Position numbers and translations under genes: made by a program
In this document: positions 13,701-27,517 of the stretch, piece by piece
Position numbering within the stretch: position 1 is the stretch's first letter
How the letters are laid out: each line of letters opens with the position of its first letter
The notes under the pieces: generated by a model
The model's database searches: none
The model's input: the letters and a program-made list of their open reading frames with translations, nothing else
What the model was told of the DNA's origin: nothing
Assembly: GCA_040954595.2 (NCBI GenBank)
Contig: CM082586.2
Coordinates: 10,695,337 to 10,759,336, forward strand
DNA length: 64,000 nucleotides
Direction: 5' to 3'
Source of the DNA: Balanoglossus misakiensis
Lineage: Eukaryota; Animalia; Hemichordata

Positions 13701-16700
13701 AATGTATATGCAAGGGTATTTAAAGTTGTCCGTACATCCCGAGGTTAATACGTGGCCATAGGCACTGTAATTTGACATTGCTAATGCTACCGTGATACTA
13801 AATCTGATTCTTTGCATCAGGGAAAATGGTGAAGCAAGCTTGATGATGCATCAGGATAGATGGTGTTTCAAGCCCTTCACATTGACATTAGAATATAATG
13901 CATATGGGGATTTAAAGTTGATTGTAAATCCCCAGGTTAGTATACGGCCAAACGAACTGTAATTTGACATTGCTAATGCAAGGGTGACATTGAATCTGAT
14001 TCTTTGCATTAGGGCAAATGGCGAAGCAAGCTTGATGATGCATCACGGTAGATATTGATGCAAGCACTTCGCTTTGACATAGGTATAAAATTCATATGGG
14101 GATTTCAAGTTGATTATAAATCCCTGGGTTAATATGTGGCCGAAAGCACTTTTATTTGCCATTGCTAATGCTATGGTGACACTGATTATTTGCATCAGGG
14201 TTAATGGCGAAACAAACTTGATGATGCATCAGGGTAGATGGTTTTTCAAGCCCTTCACATTGACATTGGAATATAATGCATATGGGGATTTAAAGTTGAT
14301 TATAAATCCCGATGTTTATACATGGCCAAAAGCACAGTAATTTGACATTGCTAATGCAATGGTGACATTGAATCTGATTCTTTGCATCAGCGTAAATGGC
14401 GAAGCATGCTTGATGATGCATCACAGTAGATAGTGATGCAAACACTTCGCTTAGACATGGGTATAAAAAGCATATAGGGATTTCAAGTAGATTATAAATC
14501 CCTGTGTTAATACGTGTCCAAAAGCACTGTAATTTGACATTGCTAATGCAATGTTGACACTATATCTGATTCTTTGCATCAGGGCAAATGGGGAAGCAGC
14601 TTGATGATGGATCAGGGTAGATGGTATTTCAAGCCCTTCACATTGACATTGGAATATAACGCATATGGGGATTTAAAGTTGATTGTAAATCCCCAGGTTG
14701 ATACGTGGCCATAAGCACTGTAGTTTGACATTGCTAATGCTACCGTGACATTAAATCTGATTCTTTCCATCGGGGTAAATTGTGAAGCAAGCTTGATGAT
14801 GCATCAGGACAGATGGTGTTTCAAGCCCTTCACATTGACAATGGAATATAACGCATATGGGGATTTAAAGTTGATTGAAAATCCCTAGGTTAATACATGT
14901 CCAAAAGCACTGTAATTTAAAATTGCTAATGCAAGGGTGACATTGAATCTGATTCTTTGCATTAGGGGGAATGGCGATGCAAACCTAATGATGCATCAGA
15001 GTAGATGGTGATGCAAGCTCTGCACTTTGACATAGGTATTTAATGTATATGCATGGGTATTTAAAGTTGTCTGTAAATTCCCAGGTTAATACGTGGCAAT
15101 AAGCACTGTAATTTGACATTGCTAATGAAATGGTGACGCTGAATGTGATTTTTTGCATCAGGGTAAATTGTGAAGCAAGCTTGATGATGCATCAGGATAG
15201 ATGGTGTTTCAAGCCCTTCACTTGACATTGGAATATAACGCATATGGGGATTTAAAGTTAATTGCAAATCCATAGGTTAATACATGGCCAAAAACACTGT
15301 AATTTAAAATTGCTAATGCAATGGTGACATTGAATGTGATTCTTTGCATTAGGGGAAATGGCGTAGCAAGCCTAATGGTGCATCAGAGTAAATGGTGATG
15401 CAAGCTCTGCACTTTGACATAGGTATTTAATGTATATGCATGGGTATTTAAAGTTGTCTGTAAATTCCCAGGTTAATACGTGGCAATAAGCACTGTAATT
15501 TGACATTGCTAATGAAATGGTGACGCTGAATGTGATTTTTTGCATCAGGGTAAATTGTGAAGCAAGCTTGATGATGCATCAGGATAGATGGTGTTTCAAG
15601 CCCTTCACTTGACATTGGAATATAACGCATATGGGGATTTAAAGTTAATTGCAAATCCATAGGTTAATACATGGCCAAAAACACTGTAATTTAAAATTGC
15701 TAATGCAATGGTGACATTGAATGTGATTCTTTGCATTAGGGGAAATGGCGTAGCAAGCCTAATGGTGCATCACGGTAGATAGTGATGCAAACACTTCACT
15801 TTGACATGGGTATCAAATGCATATGGGGATTTGCTAATGCTACCATGACACTAAATCTGATTTTTTGCATCAGGGAAAATGGTGAAGCAAGCTTGATGAT
15901 GCATCATGATAGATGGTGTTTCAAGCCCTTCACATTGATATTAGAATATAATGCATATGGGGATTTAAAGTTGATTGTAAATCCCCAGGTTAGTATACGG
16001 CCAAACACACTATAATTTGACATTGCTAATGCAACAGTGACATTGAATCTGATTCTTTGCATTAGGGCAAATGGCGAAGCAAGCTTGATGATGCATCACG
16101 GTAGATATTGATGCAAGCACTTCGCTTTGACATAGGTATAAAATTCATATAGGGATTTCAAGTTGATTATAAATCCCTGGGTTAATATGTGGCCGAAAGC
16201 ACTTTTATTTGCCATTGCTAATGCTATGGCGACACTAAATCTGATTCTTTGCATCAGGGTAAATTGTGAAGAAAGCTTGATGATGCATCAGTATAGATGG
16301 TGTTTCAAGCCGTTCAAGTTAACATTGCAATATAATGCATATGGGGATTTGAAGTTGATTGTAAACCCGCAAGTTAATACATGGCCAAATGCTCAGTAAT
16401 TTGACATTGCTGATGCTATGGTGACACTGATTATTTGCATCAGGGTTAATGGCGAAACAAACTTGATGATGCATCAGGGTAGATGGTATTTCAAGCCCTT
16501 CACATTGACATTGGAATATAATGCATATGGGGATTTAAAGTTGATTGTAAATCCCCAGGTTAATACATAGCCAAAAGCACTGTAATTTGACATGGCTAAT
16601 GCTACTGTGATACTAAATCTGATTCTTTGCATCAGGGCATATAGCGAAGCATGCTTGGTGATGCATCAGGATCAATGGTGATGGAGACACTGCACTTTGA

Positions 16701-19700
16701 CATGCGTATTTAATGCATATGCACAGATGTTTAAAGTTGACTGTAAATCGCCAGGTTAATACGTGGCCAAAAGCACAGTAATTTGACATTGCGAATGCAA
16801 CAGTGACATTTAATCTGATTCTTTGCATTAAGGCAAATGGCGAAGCATGCTTGACGATGCATCACAGTAGATAGTGATGCAAACACTTCGCTTAGACATG
16901 GGTATAAAAAGCATATAGGGATTTCAAATAGATTATAAATCCCTGTGTTAATACGTGTCCAAAAGCACTGTAATTTGACATTGCTTATGCAATGGTGACA
17001 CTATATCTGATTCTTTGCATCAGGGCAAATGGCGAAGCAGCTTGATGATGCATCAGGATAGATGGTGATGCAAGCTCTGCACTTTGACATGGGGATTAAA
17101 TGCATGCTGAGGGGGATTTAAAGTTGTCAAAACAAACTTGATGATGCATCAGGGTAGATGGTATTTCAAGCCCTTCACATTGACATTGGAATATAACGCA
17201 TATGGGGATTTAAAGTTGATTGTAAATCCCCAGGTTGATACGTGGCCATAAGCACTGTAGTTTGACATTGCTAATGCTACCGTGACATTAAATCTGATTC
17301 TTTCCATCGGGGTAAATTGTGAAGCAAGCTTGATGATGCATCAGGACAGATGGTGTTTCAAGCCCTTCACATTGACAATGGAATATAACGCATATGGGGA
17401 TTTAAAGTTGATTGAAAATCCCTAGGTTAATACATGGCCAAAAGCACTGTAATTTACAATTGCAAATGCAATGGTGACATTGAATGTCATTCTTTGCATT
17501 AGGGGAAATGGCGTAGCGAGCATAATGGTGCATCAGAGTAGATGGTGATGCAAGCTATGCATTGTGACATAGGTATTTAATGCCTATGCATGGGTATTTA
17601 ATGTTGACTGTAAATCCCCAGGTTAATACATGTCCAAAAGCACTGTAATTTAAAATTGCTAATGCAAGGGTGATATTGAATCTGATTCTTTGCATCAGGG
17701 CAAATTCTGAAGAATGCTTGATGATGCACCAGGGTCAATGATGATGCAATCACTAAACTTTGACACCGGGGTTTAAAATGTATACAGGGGGATTAAAAGT
17801 TGACTGTAAATCCCCAGGTTTCAAGCCCTTCACATTGACATTGGAATATAACGCATACGGGGATTTAAAGTTGATTATAAATCCCCAGGTTAATACATGG
17901 CCAAAAGCAATGGTGACATTGAATGTGATTCTTTGCATTAGGGGAAATGGCGTAGCAAGCCTAATGGTGCATCAGAGTAGATGGTGATGCAAGCTCTGCA
18001 TTTTGACATAGGTATTAAATGTATATGCAAGGGTATTTAAAGTTGTCCGTACATCCCGAGGTTAATACGTGGCCATAGGCACTGTAATTTGACATTGCTA
18101 ATGCTACCGTGATACTAAATCTGATTCTTTGCATCAGGGAAAATGGTGAAGCAAGCTTGATGATGCATCAGGATAGATGGTGTTTCAAGCCCTTCACATT
18201 GACATTAGAATATAATGCATATGGGGATTTAAAGTTGATTGTAAATCCCCAGGTTAGTAAACGGCCAAACGAACTGTAATTTGACATTGCTAATGCTACA
18301 GTGACATTGAATCTGATTCTTTGCATTAGGGCAAATGGCGAAGCAAGCTTGATGATGCATCACGGTAGATATTGATGCAAGCACTTCGCTTTGACATAGG
18401 TATAAAATTCATATGGGGATTTCAAGTTGATTATAAATCCCTGGGTTAATATGTGGCCGAAAGCACTTTTATTTGCCATTGCTAATGCTATGGTGACACT
18501 GATTATTTGCATCAGGGTTAATGGCGAAACAAACTTGATGATGCATCAGGGTAGATGGTTTTTCAAGCCCTTCACATTGACATTGGAATATAATGCATAT
18601 GGGGATTTAAAGTTGACTGTAAATCGCCAGGTTAATACGTGGCCAAAAGCACAGTAATTTGACATTGCGAATGCAACAGTAACATTTAATGTGATTCTTT
18701 GCATTAGGGCAAATGGCGAAGCATGCTTGACGATGCATTACTGTAGATAGTGATGCAAACACTTCGCTTTGACATGGGTATAAAAAGCATATGGGGATTT
18801 CAAGTTGATAATAAATCCCGATGTTTATACATGGCCAAAAGCACTGTAATTTGACATTGCTAATGCAATGGTGACATTGAATCTGATTCTTTGCATCAGC
18901 GTAAATGGCGAAGCATGCTTGATGATGCATCACAGTAGATAGTGATGCAAACACTTCGCTTAGACATGGGTATAAAAAGCATATAGGGATTTCAAGTAGA
19001 TTATAAATCCCTGTGTTAATACGTGTCCAAAAGCACTGTAATTTGACATTGCTAATGCCATGTTGACATTATATCTGATTCTTTGCATCAGGGCAAATGG
19101 GGAAGCAGCTTGATGATGGATCAGGGTAGATGGTATTTCAAGCCCTTCACATTGACATTGGAATATAACGCATATGGGGATTTAAAGTTGATTGTAAATC
19201 CCCAGGTTAATACGTGGCCATAATCACTGTAATTTGACATTGCTAATGAAATGGTGACGCTGAATGTGATTTTTTTGCATCAGGGTAAATTGTGAAGCAA
19301 GCTTGATGATGCATCAGGATAGATGGTGTTTCAAGCACTTCACTTGACATTGGAATATAACGCATATGGGGATTTAAAGTTAATTGCAAATCCCTAGGTT
19401 AATACATGGCCAAAAACACTGTAATTTAAAATTGCTAATGCAATGGTGACATTGAATGTGATTCTTTGCATCAGGGCAAATGGCGAAGCAGCTTGATGAT
19501 GCATCAGGATAGATGGTGATGCAAGCTCTGCACTTTGACATAGGTATTTAATGCATATGCATGGGTATTTAAAGTTGTCTGTAAATTCCCAGGTTAATAC
19601 GTGGCCATAAGCACTGTAATTTGACATTGCTAATGCAACGATGATATTGAATCTGATTCTTTGCATCAGGGTAAATGGCGATGCAAGCTTGATGATGCAT

Positions 19701-21206
19701 CACGGTAGATAGGGATGCAAACACTTCACTTTGACGTGGGTGTTAAATGCATATGGGGATTTGCTAATGCTACCGTGACACTAAATCTGATTCTTTGCAT
19801 CAGGGAAAATGGTGAAGCAAGCTTGATGATGCATCAGGATAGATGGTGTTTCAAGCCCTTCACATTGACATTAGAATATAATGCATATGGGGATTTAAAG
19901 TTGATTGTAAATCCCCAGGTTAGTATACGGCCAAACGAACTGTAATTTGACATTGCTAATGCTACAGTGACATTGAATCTGATTCTTTGCATTAGGGCAA
20001 ATGGCGAAGCAAGCTTGATGATGCATCACGGTAGATATTGATGCAAGCACTTCGCTTTGACATGGGTATAAAATTCATATGGGGATTTCAAGTTGATTAT
20101 AAATCCCTGGGTTAATATGTGGCCGAAAACACTTTTATTTGCCATTGCTAATGCTATGGCGACACTAAATCTGATTCTTTGCATCAGGGTAAATTGTAAA
20201 GAAAGCTTGATGATGCATCAGTATAGATGGTGTTTCAAGCCGTTCAAGTAAACATTGCAATATAATGCATATGGGGATTTAAAGTTGATTGTAAACCCCC
20301 AAGTTAATACATGGCCAAACGCTCAGTAAATTGACATTGCTAATGCTATGGTGACACTGATTATTTGCATCAGGGTTAATGGCGAAACAAACTTGATGAT
20401 GCATCAGGGTAGATGGTATTTCAAGCCCTTCACATTGACATTGGCATATAATGCATATGGGGATTTAAAGTTGAGTGTAAATCCCTAGGTTAATACATAG
20501 CCAAAAGCACTGTAATTTGACATGGCTAATGCTACTGTGATACTAAATCTGATTCTTTGCACCAGGGCATATAACGAAGCATGCTTGATGATGCATCAGG
20601 ATCAATGGTGATGGAGACACTGCACTTTGACATGTGTATTTAATGCATATGCACTGATGTTTAAAGTTGACTGTAAATCGCCAGGTTAATATGTGGCCAA
20701 AAGCACAGTAATTTGACATTGCGAATGCAATGGTGACATTGAATCTGATTCTTTGCATTACGGCAAATGGCGAAGCATGCTTGACGATGCATTACTGTAG
20801 ATAGTGATGCAAACACTTCGCTTTGACATGGGTATAAAAAGCATATGGGGATTTCAAGTTGATTATAAATCCCGATGTTAATACCTGGCCAAAAGCACTG
20901 TAATTTGACATTGCTAATGCAATGGTGACACTATATCTGATTCTTTGCATCAGGGCAAATGGCGAAGCAGCTTGATGATGCATCAGGATAGATGGTGATG
21001 CAAGCTCTGCACTTTGACATGGGTATAAAATGCTTGCTGAAGGGGATTTAAAGTTGTCAAAACAAACTTGATGATGCATCAGGGTAGATGGTATTTCAAG
21101 CCCTTCACATTGACATTGGAATATGGTGCATATGTGGATTTAAAGTTGATTGTAAATCCCCAGGTTAATACGTGGCCAAAAGCACTGTAATTTGACATTT
21201 CTAATG
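7800..21206. repeat. Satellite DNA array, ~194-bp monomer, roughly 70 copies, with higher-order repeats
   Basis: Consensus AAATCCCCAGGTTAATACGTGGCCAAAAGCACTGTAATTTGACATTGCTAATGC...CTGATTCTTTGCATCAGGG...GCAAGCTTGATGATGCATCA... recurs about every 190-196 bp. Identical or near-identical ORF translations recur at offsets of 4256-4447 bp. Confidence 0.95.
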
Positions 21207-21344
21207 ATGGTGAGATGTTGTTTGCTCCCCAGGGAGTTGAATGGAATAGTAAGGTCCAACGACCTAGGTCAAATTACCATGGGACAACTTTAAAGCATGT
21301 TGAGATTTAATGTGCTACATAAGTTATAAATATTATATTAATAT
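21207..21344 (+). mobile_element. 5'-truncated SINE tail fused to the satellite end (also at ~23838, 37770, 41868)
   Basis: GATGGTGAGATGTTGTTTGCTCCCCAGGGAGTTGAATGGAATA...AAAGCA...TTGAGATTTAATGTGCTACATAAG matches the 3' part of the full SINEs at 22934 and 41000. Confidence 0.65.
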
Positions 21345-21980
21345 TTAGGGGTTATTACACGAATTTTGGTCGATAACGCGTCGTATTCGAGTGATGTCCG
21401 TATTTTGATGAGTTGCGCTTCGCAACGAGTCAAAATACAGACATCACGAGAATGCGTCGCGTTATCGACCAAAATTCGTGTAATAACCTCTTTATCATAC
21501 ATGCCTACCTATAAAACAGTACGATTTGCAGAAATGCGCCGAGAAAAATAATTTCAAATTTGAACCGGGCGCTGGGATCACGGCAGTAGCCATGTTGTGA
21601 CGTATGACGTGTGGGCCGTAGTATCATTTTAAGGGGGTTGGCAGCTTTCATTACGATGGGCACATCCACATTCTAAATAAAATTGTCTACGTTCTCTTTC
21701 AAAATATCATGTTAACAATTATTTTGCATTGAGAATTTCGAAGAACTAAAACTGATGCATTCAACATGACAAAACCGCCAGCTTTGAAAACTTTATTACA
21801 GCTTCTAATAACCGAATTTTACAACACCCCTCTCCACTATGCCCCGTGTGTCGCTCGCGCGCGCAGTGAACTGTCACGCCGAGACGTGGACGCGATATTT
21901 TCACATTGTGAAATACCGTAAAATATCTTCGGGGCGAGAACAATAGAAAGTGTTAAATACAGGCGTTGCATGTATGATAA
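21345..21980. mobile_element. Non-autonomous long-hairpin element without TSD (Crypton/tyrosine-recombinase-like by inference)
   Basis: ~140-bp near-perfect palindrome at 21347-21490; TTATCATACATGC (~21492) is inverted to GCATGTATGATAA (21968-21980). Empty-site paralogs (e.g. ~23961-23985, TATTATATTAATATTATTACATAA) show an insertion with no clear TSD. Confidence 0.65.
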
Positions 21981-22933
21981 TATTACATAAACAACACTCT
22001 TACTTAGCTAAGGAAGTGGTCAGGTGAAATATATTTGCAGAGCTGACCAATTCTTTAAGGAGTTGGGTATTTTGGATGTATTCATACCTACAAACTGTGT
22101 TATGTATGGGACGTTGATGTTGCCTAATACGTCTCCACATTAACTTGAATTATTAACAGCAGCTATACAAGGCAGCGTATGGAAAGATCATTGTAAGACA
22201 TACACAACACTTTTATGGAGCATGGGAAATGTTCATGAGAACTGTGTTCTCGGAGCTCAAAACTGTGTTATGAGAAATTCAAGCTGCTAAACTTGCGTGT
22301 CTCTAAATTTACTGAAACCGTGATAATGAGCAAAAGAAGGCAACGTATAGGAATGCCATTCTACCACATACTGTTACTCAACACTTCTATTAAGCATGGG
22401 AAATAGTATTGAGAACAGTATTCTCAAAGTTGACAAACTGTGTTATGTGTAGAATATCCAAATTGCCTAATTGGCAATCGTTAGCAACCAGTTGTCTTCA
22501 AGAGGGTTTGGGGCACCAACCTCAACATGCTTTAAGTCTTTAGTGATCTAGCAAGTTAGCCTGCATATCGAGCAACTGTTAATGGAGTGAGTTGCTCAAT
22601 GATAGGAAACTCCTTTGTTCATTTTCAAAATAAAAACCAAAAATGTGAACAAAACACACTGAATTATGTATGGGATATATGGGATTGCCTAATTTGCGTG
22701 TCTCCACATTTACTTAAACTCTCACAGGGAGACAAATGTCACAGCAGACGGAAAAATGATTATGCCACACACAGCACTTTTATTTAGCACGGGAACTGGT
22801 CTTGGGAAATGGGAGCTGACACACTGAATTTTTGGAAATTCAAAGAGCCTAATATGCATGTTTCCATATTTGCTTAAACCCTGACTGAGAGCTGAACAAG
22901 GCACTAAATGGAAAGGTCATTGTGCCACATAAA

Positions 22934-23270
22934 GTCATAGTCCAGTCGTTAGAGCATCAGACCCATAATCAAAGAATCAAGGGTTTGATCCCTGGCATGG
23001 TTGTGGTGTTGTGGTGTTTACATCTCCTTGCCTCTCCCCGCCCATAAGAAAAGGTAATTTGGTGGATCCGATATTGTAATGAGTATGTTTAGGTCTGCTG
23101 TGCTGATATAAAAGCTGCACATGTGAGCTGTTGTTTGCTCCCCATGGAGTGGGATGGAATATTTTAGGTCCACCGACCTAGGTCAAATTACCATGGGAAA
23201 CACTTTGAAGCAGCACATTGAGATTTATTGTGTAATGTGCTATATAAGTAATAAATATTATATTGATATC
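22934..23270 (+). mobile_element. tRNA-derived SINE (Deu/Nin-domain-like)
   Basis: A-box-like TAGTCCAGTCGTTAGAGC, B-box-like GGTTTGATCCC, central ...TTGCCTCTCCCCGCCC..., and a LINE-like tail AAGCA...TTGAG...GTGCTATATAAG ending in an AT-rich tract. Confidence 0.65.
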
Positions 23271-23347
23271 ATTACATAAACAACACTCTTACTTAGCAAA
23301 GGAAGTGGTCAGGTGAACTATATTCGCAGAGCTGACCAATTGTTTAA

Positions 23348-23678
23348 AGGGGCAAAGTCTCTCTTTCGCCACCATTGTTCAATTAAGTTTGATACATGAA
23401 CCCATTTATGTTATTCTACATGTGGCTATATAGTGAATCAACATTCAACCAACAACTTTCATCCCGTTTGTAGAATCTGAGAGTAAAAATCTCGCAAAAA
23501 TGAATAAATGGTAAACACCGATTATTCATGTTGGCGAGTTTTTTCATTCTTGTGTGTACAAGTGGGGTGGAAGTTGTGTTTGGTCGAACATTGATTCACT
23601 ATACAGCCAACATAAACGATGTCTTGTATCAAACATAATTAATGGTAAAAAGGGCAGCGAGAGAGACACTTTGTCCCT
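23348..23678. mobile_element. Kolobok-type MITE (fold-back)
   Basis: TTAA at 23344-23347 and 23679-23682; termini AGGGGCAAAGTCTCTC / GAGAGACACTTTGTCCCT; largely palindromic. Empty sites exist in paralogous units (GCTGACCAATT-TTTAAGG at ~22042, 24038, 42067). Confidence 0.85.
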
Positions 23679-23739
23679 TTAAGTAAAATTCAAGTTGTGT
23701 AATGTGGACATATTCACATTTACAAACTGTTTTATAGTC

Positions 23740-25438
23740 ACATGGGGATTAAATGCATATGCATGTGTATTTAAAGTTAACTGTAAATCCCCAGGTTAAT
23801 ACGTGGCCAAAAGCACTGTAATTTGACATTTCTAAAGATGGTGAGATGTTGTTTGCTCCCCAGGGAGTTGAATGGAATATTTATGTCCAACGACCTAAAT
23901 CAAATGACCATGGGACAACTTTAAAGCACATTGAGATTTAATGTGCTACATACGTTATAAATATTATATTAATATTATTACATAAAAAACACTCTTGCTT
24001 AGCAAAGGAAGTGGTCAGGTGAAAAATATTTGCACAGCTGACCAATTATTTAAGGAATATTAAAGTTGGGTAATTTGGACGTATTCATACAGGTGTTGGT
24101 CAATGGAAAGTCCTTTGTTCATTTTCAAAATGGCAACCAAAAATGCGAACAAAACACACTGAATTCTGTACGGGATATTGATGTTGCCTAATTTGCGTGT
24201 TTCCACATTTACTTAAACTCTCACACGGAGACAAATGTCACAGCAAACGGAAAAATGACTATGCTACACACAACACTTTTATTGATCATGGGAAATGTTC
24301 ATGAGAATTGTGTTATGGTACTTTTCGGGGCTCACGAACTGTGTTATGGGAAATCTGACAAGGAATCTAAACTGTACCACATACACAACACTTTTATTAA
24401 GCGTGGGACATGGTCCTGAGAACAATATTCTCAGAGCTGACAAACTGTGTTATGTGAAATTCATGTTGCCTATTTCATGATAATGGCTTGTGGTACACAA
24501 GGGTTAACAGCAATCAGCAATTGCTTGTATGATAGGTATGATGATCGATTTATAAATTTCAATGGTATAATAATGGGCAACACATGTGGAAGTGTTTAAT
24601 AAACAGTTAACTAATGTGGTGATGGTTTGTGGTAAAATTGAGGGTACACAGATTATAATGGGCCAAAACAATGAATATAATAGAGGTTGATGATGGTGAA
24701 GGGTTTCATATGAATGGTGTAATAAAGGTTAACAAATGTGGTGATAGCTTTGGTGTACAGGGCTGTTGATATATTTAGTAATGACAAAGGTATAATAATG
24801 ATAAAAGCTTAAATAAGTGTTGGGGCACAATCTTCACGATGGTTCATTCATTGGTTAATGTGTATATTTTATTAATATCATGCTATTGTTTATCAGTTAG
24901 ATCATAATCAGGATTTTTCCATGCACATCGTCACCATGATTCAGCGGAATTCTTCTGAATAGTACCTGTGATCATTTTTCCGCACCGACGCATTGTACGC
25001 GACAGACATGCAGAAAATATTAACATGTAACTCACAGGCATAATGTTAAATCTAAACGACTGTACGTTAGGTTAGCTTTACCTCCCCACCCCATCCAAAT
25101 TCCAAATTTAGCTTGCCATGCAGTTTTCGGGTAGTACCAATTCGGAAACTTTCATGGTTCATTCATCGAACCAAATATTGGATTTGACACACTGTGCCAT
25201 GGGTGGGTAAAGCATGGTGAAATGTTGGCGGTAAACTTTAACCAGGCAGGTCACATGAAATGAAGATATTATCCTTTGAGTTTGATGACATACATGATAA
25301 GATATGTCAGTTTTGACACCTTTTTGCAGACATAGATGCTGATGTATTTTTTCCATTGGACACAGTAGTCAAAGTCCAGTCTGTGTTTAAAATGATACCC
25401 TGGTCACACACAGTGAGAAATATCAGCCTTTGACTTAA
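23740..25438 (+). repeat. Macro-repeat block, near-duplicate of ~37675-39534
   Basis: Collinear high identity from a satellite remnant through the SINE tail, AAACTGTGTTATG repeats and ATAATG-rich region, up to CAGCCTTTGACTTAA. Confidence 0.85.
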
Positions 25439-27517
25439 AGGGACAAAGTCTCTCTCTTTTTGCCTTTTTTCCATTACTTTTGATTCATTCAAGACACTGT
25501 GTATGTTATTTTAAATGTTGATATATAGTGAATCAACGTTCGACCACACACAAGTTCCATCCCGCTTGTAGACACGAGAGTAAAAAAATCACCAAAATGA
25601 ATAATCGTTCTTTACCATTTATTCGAGCGCGGACGCGGGCCGGGCTTCGATCATTACCAATGTGCGCATGTGCAAGGGTATATACACAAAATGAAACGTC
25701 ATACATATAATTATAGCTGTAGCGACAGTCATGGCGGATGCTTTGGCGTCTGTTCCCAGTAGCAGTGGTAAACGTAAACGTGCTCGTGGCCGCCCACAAA
25801 CCACTGCTTCGGCAAAAAAACGTAAACAATTGCTGAAACAAGTAGGTCAGATAAACATTTTCTCGGAAATTCATCGTTGGAATGAAATCAAACGCTCCTT
25901 GGTATTGGAAACGAACCGCCAGGTCGCAAAGGTACTGATCGACCGGTAAGTACATATTCGTGCATTCACTGTGTACGTACTCCATAGCCAAAGATACGGC
26001 ATGAATTGTGTACATGAATTTAGAATCTGTGTCTCACAGAATCACTGCGAGCATCATCTCAATGTAATTCTAAATGTGCTGTTTCAAGTCGTATTTCACT
26101 TAGTGATTTTGCCCAGCGCATACCTCGCCCTCGACCAGCAGTTGTATGTAGTACGCTGGACCGTTTGTATCAATGTATGACTATGCGAGATAAATTGTAC
26201 GGTACTGCAATTTTTTTTTTTTCTTTTTTTTCCTCCGGACAATCTACATGTATTACTGTTATCGAACATACGAGACAATATGCTTTTAGCGGAATTTGGT
26301 TGTTCTTTGTTCTGCTACAACTTCCGTTTTGTTATAGCCAGTTGTGTACATTTCTTGAGCTGTATATGAACTGAAGAAAAATTTGGCTATTTTCTCGTAG
26401 TTATCTTATTCTCACCTTACGTGTCTGTAACCTGTCCTCTGAGGCAAATTATGGCTGTGTGTAATCCCTTCTAAAGACAGAAATTGGCTACGTAAACAAG
26501 CCATTGTAAAGGCAAAAAAGGTTCATTGTGTCTTATTATTTGTGTGGACAGGTATTATGAACATCAAGTTACAGCAACAACAGATGCAGAATTTACCAGG
26601 CCTGCATCATCTCCAAGTGGCCAAGAAACACTGCAAGTATTTGCACCGTCTATGGAAACTAGGTACCAAATAAATTTTGATCATGATACTTTGAGCTTTG
26701 TATAGTACACAATAGATTTTCATATTTGATGGGGCTCTTGCAGTATACATGATGTATATTGTTTTAAAGAGGTGACATGTTTTTATGGCTCATGAAAAGT
26801 AATTGTGTCCGTAATATAATTTATAGAAATGAAACAATGAAATGTTGCATTCCACATAGTTATCTGTGTGATAGATGGGAATACCTAAAAGTATATATTT
26901 GTTTCTTAAAATTTATAGGCAACGTGATGATCAAGGACAAGCCACCCAAACTTTTCCTATGACATCAACGCCAGGAAATGGCCATCTTTGTGATATCGAA
27001 AAAAATTTAGAAGAATTAGTTGCATCAGAAATATCATCAGTCAGGTAGGTGTTTAAGCACTGTTTTTTTACATTACATGATAATTTCAATGCTTCTAGCC
27101 ACAATCTGTAGTATGAGGAAAAGCCTCTGCTCAAACTCTCAGGTGACAATAATCAACATAACAATGGCGAAGTATACCTGACATTTGCCCTCCAATAAAC
27201 AACCAAAATCATCCTATACAATTTATTCAGTGTGTTGACCAAGACATTCACGTCTATGGTTTTAATCCAGCAAACATAGGTTTTTCACTGCTTACTGGTT
27301 GGGGGATTAGGGGGAACTGGAACCTACAACGTTTGTGCAGACCTAGTTTGTCATGTATCAAATTTTAGTCTTTTTTTTCTTTGTACAGGGTTTCTTCCAT
27401 CTCTGGAATTGCAGAGATAGATGTTCAGGAGATAGGAGAATCATCACAAGAGAAACCTATGGAATCTACAGAAGGCCCATCACAGCCAGTACAAAGTGAA
27501 AGGTATGACACTATCTT

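Noticed and set aside
7803-21079. Dozens of similar 60-115-aa ORFs on both strands (MHHQACF..., MQRIRFNV...)
   Set aside because: They are translations of the ~194-bp satellite; frames shift and stop between monomers, with no splice pattern or domain.
7800-21206. CRISPR-like array
   Set aside because: Whole monomers are homologous with no unique spacers; no cas genes; eukaryotic context.
22934-23010. tRNA genes here and at 41000
   Set aside because: Degenerate A/B boxes without a cloverleaf, continuing into a SINE body and tail.
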